From Candidatus Brocadia sp. (GTDB lineage Bacteria; Planctomycetota; Brocadiia; Brocadiales; Brocadiaceae): DNA of 32,000 bases. Positions 8,248 through 18,218 of this stretch are shown piece after piece. The stretch is taken from assembly GCA_021650915.1 (NCBI GenBank), contig CP091279.1, positions 3,870,001 to 3,902,000 on the forward strand, read 5' to 3'. The notes under the pieces were generated by a model. The model was not told the DNA's origin. It searched no databases and saw nothing but the letters and a program-made list of their open reading frames with translations. A program made the translations under genes and the position numbers. Positions within the stretch are counted from its first letter, which is position 1; each line of letters starts with the position of its first letter.

Positions 8248-10250
8248 ATAGCTGGTAGGAAGGAGGCGAATCGCCTCCAACCCCCAATCGTCGCCAGATA
8301 CTTTGGACAACGTGACAAAGTATCCTTTTAAACCATACGGCTTTCCCGTAGTTAGCGACCCCATAGTGTTGCTCTGGAGCAGAGAAAAGTAAACTATCAT
8401 GCCTTTGCACGTGCCTTAAGAAATTCTCTTTCAAATGAGAGTAACCCCATCTTAAAGAATCGGTGTACCGGGAAACGTTTGTTGTCAGTTTTCCATTTTC
8501 TCGAAAACTTGAAACTTCTCAGTCTCATGCGTACCCAGCAGTCTAACGAGCGATATACCGTTTGTACATTGCCCAGCCGAAAATAGTTGACATGTCCCCT
8601 TATGACAGGATTTAATGTATCAATGACGGCTTGCAGGTTGACGCCTTGTGTGCGTTTGGTGATGTCTCTGACGGCGTCCTTGAGTTTGTCCAGGGATTTC
8701 ATGCTTACACCCTTGTTCTTGCCCATGAAATTATATCCGAGAAACCGGAAGCCTCGTTTGAAGTTGGTGAGCCTGGTTTTATCCTCGCTCAGCTTCATTT
8801 CAAGTTTCCCTTCGATGATTTCTTTGACGTACTGAAGGGCGGCAGGGAGTTCTTCTTTTGTTTTAGTCATGACAACGAAGTCATCGGCATAGCGGACAAA
8901 TTTATATCCTGCCTTTTCAAGCTCCTTGTCGATGATGTCACCGATAAGGTTTGCAAGCAAGGGAGATATGACGCCTCCTTGCGGAGTGCCTTGATTTGTC
9001 TCATGCACGATGCCGTCCTCCATGACCCCTGCCTTGAGCATGTTCTCGATACTGTTCAAAACCCATCCGTCAGCGATTTTCTCACGCAAGGAGTTCATGA
9101 TAAGCTTGTGAGGTATGGTGTCATAGAACGCCTTTATATCGGCGTCCAAAATGTTCCGATACCCTTGCTGCTTATACTGTTCAATCCGTTTGATAGCATC
9201 ATGACAGCATCTGTTTGGACGAAATCCAAAGCTGTTATCCGAGAATTCTTTCTCGAATATTGGCTCTATGATTTGTCTGAACGCCTGCTGTACTACCCTG
9301 TCCTTGACAATGGGAATGCCAAGAGGTCTCTTGTCATGCCTGCCTTTGGGAATGTAGACCCTTAAGACGGGCGCAGGGTTGTATATGGCGGTTTTCAGTT
9401 CCTTGTGAATAGCTTGTAGATTATTCTCAAGGTCACTTTCAAACTGCTTAATACTTACCCTGTCGAGACCAGCCTTGCCTTTATTCTTCTTTACGTGCCC
9501 AAAAGCCGCATAAAGGTTTCTCAGACTGAATACCTTGTCTCTTAAAGAATGATACTTAAGCATCTCCCGATATGTTCCTTTTGATTGATTCCGGATAATA
9601 GACTTGTCAATCGTGTTTCCTGAGTCGAGATTCCTCCTGACAGAGGCAAAACAAGAGAGGCTCTTGCTACTACTTGCCCATGCAAAGAGTCTCTTTTCTC
9701 ATGGAACGTATTCAATCTACCACGTTTCATCAACTCCACTACGGTTATGCCCCTTCATTCCTGGCTTACACCAGAAACTATTATGAGCAATGCTGACGAC
9801 TTCAAAGACAGACCTGTGAGAGCCAGTCGTCCGTCACCATCTCATACAGCTTGGATTTCGGATTTCCCTTATACCTCGCTGTTAGGGAATTTCTTCCCAA
9901 GACGTAAGTCCTCCCCCGGTCATATGGATTACCCCTTTTCCCTTCGTGATGTATGTTCAAACGCATTATCCAGAGATGTTTTCACCAGGTCTCTTTTGAC
10001 ATCTCCAACAAGGACATTGTCAGTGCTTCACTGAGAAAGGGCAGTTGGCACGAACTAACACGCCATACTCATACACCCCAAAAGGTCGTCTGTACCTCGT
10101 AACTCCGTCATACCCCTCACGGGAATACGCTATCCTTCTACGCATACGGATTGCTCCTTTGTATACGCATAGGTACAAACTTCTCTACGAGGATTTAGGC
10201 TCGCAGAGGTGATATTTTCAACCACTTAGGTATCCCATACTTCAAGGCAC
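8248..10250 (-). mobile_element. Group II intron, copy 1 (about 2003 nt)
   Basis: Colinear and about 99% identical to 20678-22680 on the opposite strand. The 3' end reads ...CCTACCAGCTAT. The 5' boundary is uncertain by about 3 nt (sequence GCGTGCCTTGAAG). Confidence 0.85.
8397..9563 (-). CDS. Group II intron reverse transcriptase/maturase (388 aa, no endonuclease domain)
   Basis: RT blocks include RVYIPKG..RPLGIP, GTPQGGVISPLLAN and YADDFVV. The maturase X domain carries LNPVIRGHVNYF. The protein ends soon after X. Confidence 0.93.
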   Translation of the reverse strand: MLKYHSLRDKVFSLRNLYAAFGHVKKNKGKAGLDRVSIKQFESDLENNLQAIHKELKTAIYNPAPVLRVYIPKGRHDKRPLGIPIVKDRVVQQAFRQIIEPIFEKEFSDNSFGFRPNRCCHDAIKRIEQYKQQGYRNILDADIKAFYDTIPHKLIMNSLREKIADGWVLNSIENMLKAGVMEDGIVHETNQGTPQGGVISPLLANLIGDIIDKELEKAGYKFVRYADDFVVMTKTKEELPAALQYVKEIIEGKLEMKLSEDKTRLTNFKRGFRFLGYNFMGKNKGVSMKSLDKLKDAVRDITKRTQGVNLQAVIDTLNPVIRGHVNYFRLGNVQTVYRSLDCWVRMRLRSFKFSRKWKTDNKRFPVHRFFKMGLLSFEREFLKARAKA

Positions 10251-10316
10251 GCATCTCTCAACCAGTTCAATGGCAGCCATCATATCTTTAGGTATCCTGA
10301 TAGATTTTGTTTTCAT
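10251..10316 (-). pseudogene. First 22 codons of a ribbon-helix-helix-like small gene, cut by intron copy 1
   Basis: MKTKSIRIPKDMMAAIELVERC has a beta-strand plus helix pattern typical of CopG/RHH N-termini. The ATG overlaps the upstream ORF stop (TAATG). Confidence 0.4.
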
Positions 10317-10462
10317 TACTTCCCCCAATTTTCTAAAATGGCCTTCATAACATTATACTCTTCGTCACTTACAAATGATGATAAACAATCTAATTTCTCA
10401 TGCGCCTTTTGTATTGTTAGCCTTCCTTTCTTTAATAACAAAGCAATAAATACCGCCGGAGT
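10316..10462 (-). pseudogene. 3' half of small ORF-A, interrupted by the IS at 10465-12321
   Basis: The frame ...TPAVFIALLLKKGRLTIQKAHEKLDCLSSFVSDEEYNVMKAILENWGK* continues in frame from 12324-12417 once the IS plus one TA is removed. Confidence 0.4.
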
Positions 10463-10464
10463 TA

Positions 10465-12321
10465 TATAGTGTCTGAACGAAAACGCACTTTTTGTAAAAG
10501 TGCGAGGTCGATTTTCTATTTACCAATAGATAATTTTAAGATTTGAGATTAGGGTTTTTGGCAAAAATACTGTTCTTTTACATATTTCCCTTGTTTTCCC
10601 CTTTATTTTAGCCTTGTCTGGGCGTACCTGCCTCCCGGCAGACTGTTTTTCTTCGTGTTTTTTGCTTGCTTAGGCGGCTTTTCGCAACTTTTCGCACTGC
10701 TTCCGTGCCTTCTCCTGCAGCACGTTTCCCAGCTTGTGCAAATTCGCAGCTAACACGCCCATTGCACAATATCTTTTAAAGGCATGCAGCCCTTTGTCCG
10801 GACACCTATCCAAGCCGTGATGCTCCAAACGATTGATATCCGATTCTACCGCCGAGTGCTTGTGCCTTAGCTTCTTAAATGTCTTACCCGATTCCTCTTC
10901 CTGTTCCGCCTTATTCTTCTTGCCCTTCTTGGGAAGGATTACCTCTGGTATATACAAACTCAGCAACTCTTTATTCTCTTTCTTGTAAAAACCTTTATCA
11001 AAACTTATACTCTTTATTGTGCCTTCTCCGTAACGGCTCAACAACCTATCTGCCAATGGAATTACCAACGATACATCCGCCTGTTTTTCTCCTACCACAT
11101 GGTCCACGATGAAACCCCACTGATCGCTTGCTACCAGAATATTATGTCCCAACTCTACCCTTTTGTTTGACTTGCCTTTGTACAGCCACTCCGTATGCGG
11201 CTCAAACAACGAATGAACCTTTTCTGCCGCCGGTATTACCTCATCCCGGATCACCCTTCTCTCCACCAGGTCTATCTGTTTATTCAACATCCCGTGAAAA
11301 TACTCCAGTGTCCCTATTTTCCCTGCATGCTTGTCTACCTGGTTCGTCGTTAGCACCTTTTCGTAGATGGCTAACAGACTCGCTCCTATCTTTTCACTCA
11401 AACCCCTCGATAATTCCAAGTAACTCCTCACATGCTCTTCCTTGTTTTTCCCCCCGCTGCTTGACGCCTTTGCGCTTATCCTCATCAGCTTTTTTAACTC
11501 TCTCCTCCAATATTTGCTCTTGCGCCATCCTTTCCCCGCCAGGATGCCTTCCTCTATTGCATCCTCTATCATGTCCAGACTCTTGCGTCCCGCATCCCAC
11601 AATAAATTCATATCGGTCGGAAAGTGTACATTCGTCTCTAACACATACGTATCCACCTTAATACACAGTCCTTCGTCCTTTTTTTTAACCAACTGATGCC
11701 CCGATGATATCACCACTTCATTTATCTGCCTGAGGGTCTCCTCATCCAACAATCTTATATTGTCCTTGATGCTCTGCATCGAAAAAACCTTCGCCTCTCC
11801 AAATGCCGTCTCAACCCCCATTATCTGCCTGATAAGTTTGTGATGGTTGGCAAAATCCTCCAACCTGTCATAATCGGCATCTAACCCTAATCTTACCACC
11901 GACAACACCAAAATATGCCATAAATCCATCCCATATCTTCCCGTCTTTTTCTTCCCCTTCGTTACCTTCGCCTCTAATATCCGGAATACCTCCTCGTTCA
12001 ACTCCGGTGTAACATAGATATGTTGCAACGCCCTCAGTATCGGTGGTAGCTCATCTCGACTCTTTATTGGCAGTTTTACCCCTGAAATGGGTATGATGCC
12101 AAGCTTCAATTGCTGCTCAAATCTCTTTCTCATCTTCTATCGAATGTCCTTTGGCTAGTGGGTTAATGAACCGAATATTTGGACTCTTTATACCCAGAAT
12201 CCCTTCATTTTCGCCATATTTTACCCTTTTACCCGAAAAAATTCAATGACTTTCATGAACATTTTTCACCAGCTTCTCCTTACTTTACAGGGCTCTGGGG
12301 GGTTTCCGTTCAAACACTATA
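10465..12321 (-). mobile_element. IS4/IS5-superfamily insertion sequence (1857 bp)
   Basis: About 20-bp terminal inverted repeats TATAGTGTCTGAACGAAAAC (10465) and reverse complement TATAGTGTTTGAACGGAAAC (12321). TA on both flanks (10463-64 and 12322-23). Confidence 0.8.
10670..12133 (-). CDS. DDE transposase (487 aa), IS4/IS5 superfamily; family not resolved
   Basis: ISFDKGFY plus a C-terminal RHKHSAVESDINRLEHHGLDRC...GVLAANLHKLG block that resembles the Y-R-E-K region of DDE_Tnp_1-type transposases. Confidence 0.85.
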   Translation of the reverse strand: MRKRFEQQLKLGIIPISGVKLPIKSRDELPPILRALQHIYVTPELNEEVFRILEAKVTKGKKKTGRYGMDLWHILVLSVVRLGLDADYDRLEDFANHHKLIRQIMGVETAFGEAKVFSMQSIKDNIRLLDEETLRQINEVVISSGHQLVKKKDEGLCIKVDTYVLETNVHFPTDMNLLWDAGRKSLDMIEDAIEEGILAGKGWRKSKYWRRELKKLMRISAKASSSGGKNKEEHVRSYLELSRGLSEKIGASLLAIYEKVLTTNQVDKHAGKIGTLEYFHGMLNKQIDLVERRVIRDEVIPAAEKVHSLFEPHTEWLYKGKSNKRVELGHNILVASDQWGFIVDHVVGEKQADVSLVIPLADRLLSRYGEGTIKSISFDKGFYKKENKELLSLYIPEVILPKKGKKNKAEQEEESGKTFKKLRHKHSAVESDINRLEHHGLDRCPDKGLHAFKRYCAMGVLAANLHKLGNVLQEKARKQCEKLRKAA

Positions 12322-12323
12322 TA

Positions 12324-12417
12324 GGGAATATCTAAAAACGCAGCCTCTTAATAAACCTTTTAGCATCACTGCATATTGCATCGTATCCACCCTGTTGAAA
12401 TATTGAAAAAATTGCAT
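12324..12417 (-). pseudogene. 5' half of small ORF-A
   Basis: MQFFQYFNRVDTMQYAVMLKGLLRGCVFRYS, then the IS terminal repeat. Alternative starts at 12492 or 12381. Confidence 0.35.
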
Positions 12418-12527
12418 CTTCTCCCTTTTAGGGAAGTACGGGTAATTGATAAAGAATACATTGCATTTGATAAGACAGTATCCTGGTTGCAATAGTTATG
12501 ATGGGTGAACTTCACAACCTCAGGTTT

Positions 12528-14585
12528 TTATTCTTTCCGGGCGTGAGTTCCGCGAGCGGCATGGGCGTGGGTAATAATCTGCTGCATCAGGTGCGCCGGT
12601 ACGACATCATAATGTGAAAATTCTATCGTGAATGAGCCCTGTCCACCCGTCATGGACTTCAACTCCGTCTCGTAGTTGGCTATGGATGCCATGGGTATGG
12701 TGGCACGAACGACCTGAAAATCCCCCAGAGAATCCATACCTTTGATATGACCACGATGACTGGAAAGGTTTCCCGTAATTTCACCCATAAATTTCATGGG
12801 AATAGTAACTTCAATATTTACGATAGGCTCAAGCAGTACCGGCCTGGCATGGTTAAAGGCATCGTGAAACGCATGCGAGGCTGCCATTTTAAAGGCTGCC
12901 TCGGAAGAATCCACGTCGTGAAAAGAGCCGTGAAACAATCGCACCCGGACGTCCACAATGGGATGCCCAATCAGGATACCCTTGTCAAGCGCCTCACGGA
13001 TCCCTTTTTCCACGGCCGGGATGTATTGCCGGGGAATGGTGCCGCCGACAACCTCGTCCACAAACTCAAACCCGGCGCCCCGCGGTAACGGTTCGATCCA
13101 GATATGCACTTCGCCATACTGTCCATGTCCGCCCGTTTGCTTCTTGTGTTTATATTGCGCCTGCGCCCTGGCGGTAATCGTCTCCTTATAAGGGATTTTT
13201 GGAGTATGCGCCTCTACGTCTATACCAAAACGCCGTTTTAACCGGACGATCATTACCTGCAAATGAAGCGTGCTCATGCCGGTAATAACCAATTCATTGG
13301 TCAATGCGTCATGGGAAGTTCTGAAGGTCTTGTCCTCCTCGGTAAGTTTATGAAGACACTCGCTGATCTTTTTTTCCGCTCCTTTGTTTAACGGCACCAC
13401 GGCAAGCGAACACAGCGGGTGAGGAAAAGCGATTTCTGGAAATTGCACCGGATGTTTTGGATCACAGATGGTGTCAGAGATATGCATGTCTTCCAGTTTG
13501 GACACGGCGATAATATCCCCTGGAATTGCCCTTGAAACGGGCTGCTGCTCCTTTCCAAAGACCCGATAAAGGTGTCCAGCCTTGTCGGTGTTTTTGCTTG
13601 TCGCGTTATAAAATGACACGTCGCTGCCCAGCATGCCGGAGATAACGCGAAAATAACTTAATTTTCCCACATAAGGATCAACAACTGTTTTAAACACATA
13701 GGCACTGAAAGGGGCTTCTTTTGAGGCTTTCAGGGTAATCTCCTGGTTTTTTTGTATGTCAACTGCAGTCCTTTTGATTCCCTCCGGTGGTGAAGGAGAA
13801 AAATTTGCAATTGCGTCCAACAGGTCTTCAATCCCCAAAACCTTTTTATTGGAACAGCAAAGGACAGGGACTACATACCCGCCCGCAACGGCCTTCACAA
13901 AACAAGGCTGCAACACTGTGTTTTCAAGTTCTTTTCCATCAAGATATTTTTCCATCAGGGCGTCATCGGCAGAAACGACTGTTTCGACCAGTGCGTCATG
14001 ACAGGCGTGAGTGTCACCGGCAATTCCATCCGGTAAAGGACTGGGCAAGGTAAGAAGATTGACAACGCCACGGAAATCGTGTCCTGTTCCGACTGGTAAA
14101 TTCAAAGGAACACAGGTATTTCCAAAGGTGTCTTGGACTGTTTTCAGGAGGGTATGATAATCGAAATTCTCAGCGTCTGCCTTCGTTACCACGATGAGCT
14201 TGCCAAGTCCTTTTTGGCAGGCCATATCCCACAGCTTTCTGGTGTTCACCTGAATGCCGTCCGTGGCTGATATGACGATAATGGCCGTCTCTACGGCGAC
14301 CAGCGCGGTAATCGTGTCACGGATAAAATCAGCGTAGCCCGGCGTGTCAATGATATTGATTTCACGCCCTTTCCAGTTGCAGTGCAGGATGGAGGAGTCG
14401 ATCGAATGCCTTTTCTCTTTTGCGTCGGGGTCGTAATCAGACACCGAAGTGCCATCTTCAACACTGCCAAGGCGTGTGGTTGTCCCGGCCTTAAAAAGCA
14501 TCGATTCAACCAGTGCGGTCTTTCCTGAAGCTCCGTGACCCAGAAGTACAATAGACCGGATGTCTTTTGTCTCATACGGAATCAT
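12528..14585 (-). CDS. Elongation factor G paralogue (EF-G2 type, 685 aa)
   Basis: Five-domain EF-G layout. G1 is GHGASGKT, G3 is DTPG and G4 is TKAD rather than the canonical AHIDAGKT and NKMD. Confidence 0.88.
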   Translation of the reverse strand: MIPYETKDIRSIVLLGHGASGKTALVESMLFKAGTTTRLGSVEDGTSVSDYDPDAKEKRHSIDSSILHCNWKGREINIIDTPGYADFIRDTITALVAVETAIIVISATDGIQVNTRKLWDMACQKGLGKLIVVTKADAENFDYHTLLKTVQDTFGNTCVPLNLPVGTGHDFRGVVNLLTLPSPLPDGIAGDTHACHDALVETVVSADDALMEKYLDGKELENTVLQPCFVKAVAGGYVVPVLCCSNKKVLGIEDLLDAIANFSPSPPEGIKRTAVDIQKNQEITLKASKEAPFSAYVFKTVVDPYVGKLSYFRVISGMLGSDVSFYNATSKNTDKAGHLYRVFGKEQQPVSRAIPGDIIAVSKLEDMHISDTICDPKHPVQFPEIAFPHPLCSLAVVPLNKGAEKKISECLHKLTEEDKTFRTSHDALTNELVITGMSTLHLQVMIVRLKRRFGIDVEAHTPKIPYKETITARAQAQYKHKKQTGGHGQYGEVHIWIEPLPRGAGFEFVDEVVGGTIPRQYIPAVEKGIREALDKGILIGHPIVDVRVRLFHGSFHDVDSSEAAFKMAASHAFHDAFNHARPVLLEPIVNIEVTIPMKFMGEITGNLSSHRGHIKGMDSLGDFQVVRATIPMASIANYETELKSMTGGQGSFTIEFSHYDVVPAHLMQQIITHAHAARGTHARKE

Positions 14586-14609
14586 CGATCACCTCCCGCG
14601 CGCGGTTTT

Positions 14610-15341
14610 TTACTTTTTCACGCAGAGTGAATTACAGAGTTGTTTCGCTTCTGAAAATTTGATATGCCCCGTGTATAAAGCCTTTCCGATAATCATCCCC
14701 GCAAGGGATAGCCGGCTCAGCGTCTCGATATCTTTCAACGACGAGATTCCGCCCGACGCAATAACGGGGGTGGTTACAGCCGCCGAAAACTCTTTTAAGC
14801 TGGCAATATTCGGGCCCTGCAGCATACCGTCCTTTGAGATGTCGGTAAAGATCATGGCGCACGGAGCCGTTTTTTCCATTTCCCGGGCAAAGGCAACGGC
14901 ATCCCATTCACACACGGAAGTCCATCCCTTCACGGCCACTTTCCCGTTTTTTGCATCAATACCAACGGCAATACGCCCCGGGAAAGCTGCACAGAGTTCG
15001 TGCACCCACGATGGTGAATCTATCGCCCTTGTTCCCACAATCACGCGGTCGACGCCCAGATTGAGGAGCGTTTCAACGGACCGGGTTGTCCTCAAACCGC
15101 CGCCAAACTCGACAGGAATCTTTATCTGCTGCAAAATGCGTTCAACAACGGCAAGATTGCGCGGTGCGCCCTCAAATGCCCCATCGAGGTCAACGATATG
15201 AAGATATTCGGCGCCCTGATCCTCCCATGATCTTGCTACTTCCACGGGATCATCAGAAAACACGGTCTCTGCATCCTTCTCCCCCTGGGTTAGTCGCACA
15301 CATTTCCCGTTCTTTAAATCGATGGCTGGAATAATAAGCAT
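14610..15341 (-). CDS. hisA: ProFAR isomerase (HisA)
   Basis: IPAIDLKNGKCVRL...DLDGA...GGGLR...ASGGISS pattern. Start set at MLIIPAIDL (15341), with GAGG 6 nt upstream. The ORF is open to 15362. Confidence 0.9.
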   Translation of the reverse strand: MLIIPAIDLKNGKCVRLTQGEKDAETVFSDDPVEVARSWEDQGAEYLHIVDLDGAFEGAPRNLAVVERILQQIKIPVEFGGGLRTTRSVETLLNLGVDRVIVGTRAIDSPSWVHELCAAFPGRIAVGIDAKNGKVAVKGWTSVCEWDAVAFAREMEKTAPCAMIFTDISKDGMLQGPNIASLKEFSAAVTTPVIASGGISSLKDIETLSRLSLAGMIIGKALYTGHIKFSEAKQLCNSLCVKK

Positions 15342-15574
15342 GTTGCCTCGCGCATGAGTCACCCCTGTCAGATTTTTAAACCCTGGCAGGGTTAATTTTC
15401 GTAACTATACTCCATAGGCTCATAATTTGTGATTTATAGTAGTTCAGCACGGACAAACAGAATTTGTGCTGCCACCTTAGTGTCAATTTAAAATTTACAT
15501 TTTATGAGCATCTTGAGTATATTCAGCGTACTTTCGCTAATACTCACTACAAATGAACAAAATATTGATTCTGT

Positions 15575-15724
15575 GTAACACTTTAGTTTTTTGAAAAATT
15601 ACCATAATAACGATGTTGCCGCACGGTGTAAGGGCGAAGCATTTGCCATAAATGGTATAAATGTATTCATACCTCAAGCTGGCAAATGCTTCGCCCCTAC
15701 TTTTTCAAAAAACTAAAGTGTTAC
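15575..15724. mobile_element. 150-bp MITE carrying the IS66-family terminal repeats
   Basis: Ends GTAACACTTTAGTTTTTTGAAAAATTA ... TTTTTCAAAAAACTAAAGTGTTAC match the IS end at 3956. Perfect 8-bp direct repeat GATTCTGT at 15567-15574 and 15725-15732. Inner 17-bp hairpin GGGCGAAGCATTTGCC/GGCAAATGCTTCGCCC. Confidence 0.85.
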
Positions 15725-15733
15725 GATTCTGTA

Positions 15734-15888
15734 ATCCCGAAGGGATGTCATGATTATAGCATATGGTTATGCAATTATGGTTAACCCCGTAGGGGTGGCA
15801 TAGTATCGCTATTTTCCCGATATTTCACCCCTTACAGGGTTGAATAGGGTGGCGCGCTTTTTCTATAATCATGTCATCCCTTCGCGAT
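15734..15888. repeat. 155-bp palindromic element (26-nt inverted arms)
   Basis: ATCCCGAAGGGATGTCATGATTATAG (15734-15759) versus CTATAATCATGTCATCCCTTCGCGAT (15863-15888), with 2 mismatches. Confidence 0.55.
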
Positions 15889-15971
15889 TTTCCCGTTTAT
15901 CCGTGCCACCCGGCATACTTTTACCTTTTGTTTGTAAGCATCCTGCGAATAGCTCATTTTGACACATCTTG

Positions 15972-16595
15972 TTACAAATTACCAAAGTTTTTCAGGATTG
16001 CAAGGCCGTACTCCTGGCTCTTTTCCGGGTGAAACTGCGTTGCAAAGATGTTTTTGTGCCAGATCATGGAAGTAAACCGCACGCCATATTCCGTTTCCGT
16101 GGCAATAACACTTTCATCATCAGGACAAACGTAATAAGAATGCACAAAATACATGCAGGCATCATTGGGAACCTCGCTCAGGAGCGGTATGCCCTCCTTC
16201 CGGAAACGGATCTGATTCCAGCCCATGTGAGGAATCTTTAAATTCCTGCTCATCTCACCTTCGGGAAAGGCAAACCGGACGACCCTCCCTGAAATAATAT
16301 TTAGCCCATCATGCTCGCCGTCTTCATATCCTTTCGAAAACAGCAACTGCAAGCCAAGACATATTCCAAGGAACGGCTTCCCTGCCCGGATACCATTGGT
16401 CACCGGCTCTATAAGTCTCCTCTGACGCAAACCGTCCATGGCGTCGCGGAATGCCCCGACACCGGGAAGCACCAGTTTCTCTGCACGAACAACCTCACTG
16501 GGGCTGTCGGTAACCTTAACAGGAAAGCCACACCGTTCGAAGGCCTTCTCAACACTGCGGAGATTTCCCATGCCATAATCTACAATCACAATCAT
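15972..16595 (-). CDS. hisH: Imidazole glycerol phosphate synthase, glutamine amidotransferase subunit
   Basis: [15 protein letters not shown]...GVGAF...GICLGLQLL...HSY...QFHPEKS carries the class I GATase triad. Confidence 0.92.
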   Translation of the reverse strand: MIVIVDYGMGNLRSVEKAFERCGFPVKVTDSPSEVVRAEKLVLPGVGAFRDAMDGLRQRRLIEPVTNGIRAGKPFLGICLGLQLLFSKGYEDGEHDGLNIISGRVVRFAFPEGEMSRNLKIPHMGWNQIRFRKEGIPLLSEVPNDACMYFVHSYYVCPDDESVIATETEYGVRFTSMIWHKNIFATQFHPEKSQEYGLAILKNFGNL

Positions 16596-16604
16596 GGTAA
16601 CATT

Positions 16605-17258
16605 CTATCCACCCGTGCCCCGGGGAACAATCACAAACTCTACCCTCCGGTTACTCGCCTTGCCGGACTTCGAATTATTGTCTGTTACGGGCTGATATTG
16701 TCCGAATCCGGCGAGATACACCCTCGTGGGAGAAATGCTGCATTCTTCGACCATGTAATGCAGAACAGCGGCCGCCCGCGCCGTGGATAACTCCCAGTTT
16801 GATTTGTACTTGTCTTTTTGCTTGCTAATCGGGTCATCGTCAGTATGCCCTTCAATTCTGACGACTTCTGATGCCGCCTCGGTCTTCAGGATGCCGGCGA
16901 TCTTCTTAAGGGTTTCTTTTGACTGCGGACGTAAGGTGGTTTGCCCGGAATCAAACAACACGGAACCAGGAAGCGTTACCGAAACCGCGCCATTTTTTAT
17001 CCTCACGGATGCCCCGGTGCCCTGCAGCTTCTCTTCCAGCGCCCGCTTTGAATTTTCAAGCTGACTCAGCTCGCTCTCGTATTGGCCAACCTTCGACGAC
17101 AAATCGGCGTTCTCCTGCTGCAGACTTGTCAATTGCTCATGTAATTGCTGATTTTCCCGCCGCAGCCTTTTTGTCTCGCCACAACCTGTGCCAACTGCCA
17201 ATACCCCTGCTATCCCCATCAGGCAAAAACCCCGCACGAAATTATGCCTTTTCACCAT
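16605..17258 (-). CDS. OmpA/MotB-domain lipoprotein with coiled-coil segment
   Basis: Signal peptide with lipobox (AVGTGC), a heptad-rich middle, and a C-terminal OmpA-like domain (RIEGHTDDDPI...NRRVEFVIV). Confidence 0.85.
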   Translation of the reverse strand: MVKRHNFVRGFCLMGIAGVLAVGTGCGETKRLRRENQQLHEQLTSLQQENADLSSKVGQYESELSQLENSKRALEEKLQGTGASVRIKNGAVSVTLPGSVLFDSGQTTLRPQSKETLKKIAGILKTEAASEVVRIEGHTDDDPISKQKDKYKSNWELSTARAAAVLHYMVEECSISPTRVYLAGFGQYQPVTDNNSKSGKASNRRVEFVIVPRGTGG

Positions 17259-17333
17259 ATATGCTCCTCTCCTTTCACGGTAAAGAAATTTTCACTGAAT
17301 AAGAATAAGGTCGTCCGCGTTCTGTAATGTTTT

Positions 17334-18218
17334 TTATGAATGGAATCCGGTAAATAACACGGTAAAAAGCTGAACATAGGAATTCATCAGTCCCAGAAAA
17401 TAATCCTGTAAAAGGATGCAGAGCAGCGTAGCGAGCGACAAAAATGGCCCATACGGTATCAGGTGTTTTTTTTTCAAAAGTAATACCGGGATACCCATGA
17501 GAAGCCCGAAGAAAGGCGCAACAAAAAAGATCGCTACCGCCAGCTTCCAACCCACCATCCCCCCCACCATCCCCATGAGCTTGACGTCTCCAAAACCCAT
17601 GGCCTCCTTCCTGAATACCCATTTCCCCACAACACTGCAAAAAAATACCAGACCGCCGCCTACCAGCACACCAAGCAAAGATGCGATCAGCGCATCCAAC
17701 CGGATGATACCGGATAGCGAAAAACTTCTCAGTGTCTCCGGTTCATGATGCAAGCCTGGACAGAGGACGCTGAGAACAAGCGCAACGGGAATACCCACAC
17801 AGGTAACCTCATTGGGAATGATGAGGAACTCAAGATCCACAAAGGTCGATATAATCAGGGCACAACAAAGAGCCAGATAACCGGCAAAAAGACATGGAGA
17901 CTCTTGCCGGTATTGAATAAAGAGATACAAATGCACAAAGAGATAACCCGTCAATAACTCTACAAGCGGATACCGTATCGATATCTTCGCCATGCACTCG
18001 CGGCAATGTCCCCGGAGCAGGAGGTAGCTGAACACGGGGATATTATCATACCACCGGACAGGGGTATTGCATGCAGGACACAATGAGCGCGGTGAAATGA
18101 GCGACTTTTTCTTTGGGATACGATAGATACAGACATTCAGGAAACTTCCTATCGTTAACCCAACGATAAAAACAAAGACCCCGGCATATGGACCACCTAT
18201 CAGGAGATTTTTCTGGAT
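17334..18218 (-). CDS. pilD: Prepilin peptidase (A24 family); start codon unresolved
   Basis: CPAC...CREC zinc motif and GFGDVKLMG. The conserved N-terminal helix GLTIGSFLNVCIYRIP lies upstream of the first canonical start (TTG at 18083). The frame is open to 18272 with no ATG/GTG/TTG. 18218 is an ATC preceded by AAGGGA. Confidence 0.7.
   Translation of the reverse strand: MQKNLLIGGPYAGVFVFIVGLTIGSFLNVCIYRIPKKKSLISPRSLCPACNTPVRWYDNIPVFSYLLLRGHCRECMAKISIRYPLVELLTGYLFVHLYLFIQYRQESPCLFAGYLALCCALIISTFVDLEFLIIPNEVTCVGIPVALVLSVLCPGLHHEPETLRSFSLSGIIRLDALIASLLGVLVGGGLVFFCSVVGKWVFRKEAMGFGDVKLMGMVGGMVGWKLAVAIFFVAPFFGLLMGIPVLLLKKKHLIPYGPFLSLATLLCILLQDYFLGLMNSYVQLFTVLFTGFHS

Noticed and set aside
8631-9365. 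244-aa ORF on the plus strand (twin at 21563-22297 on the minus strand)
   Set aside because: Lies fully antisense to the group II intron RT genes. It is a shadow ORF with no RBS or recognisable motif.
11128-11661. 177-aa Pro/Ser-rich ORF antisense to the 487-aa transposase
   Set aside because: Arises from the purine-rich coding strand opposite. Its composition is not protein-like.
14560-15201. 213-aa ORF antisense to hisA
   Set aside because: The hisA frame has clear family motifs. The antisense frame is low-complexity and overlaps the EF-G2 gene start.
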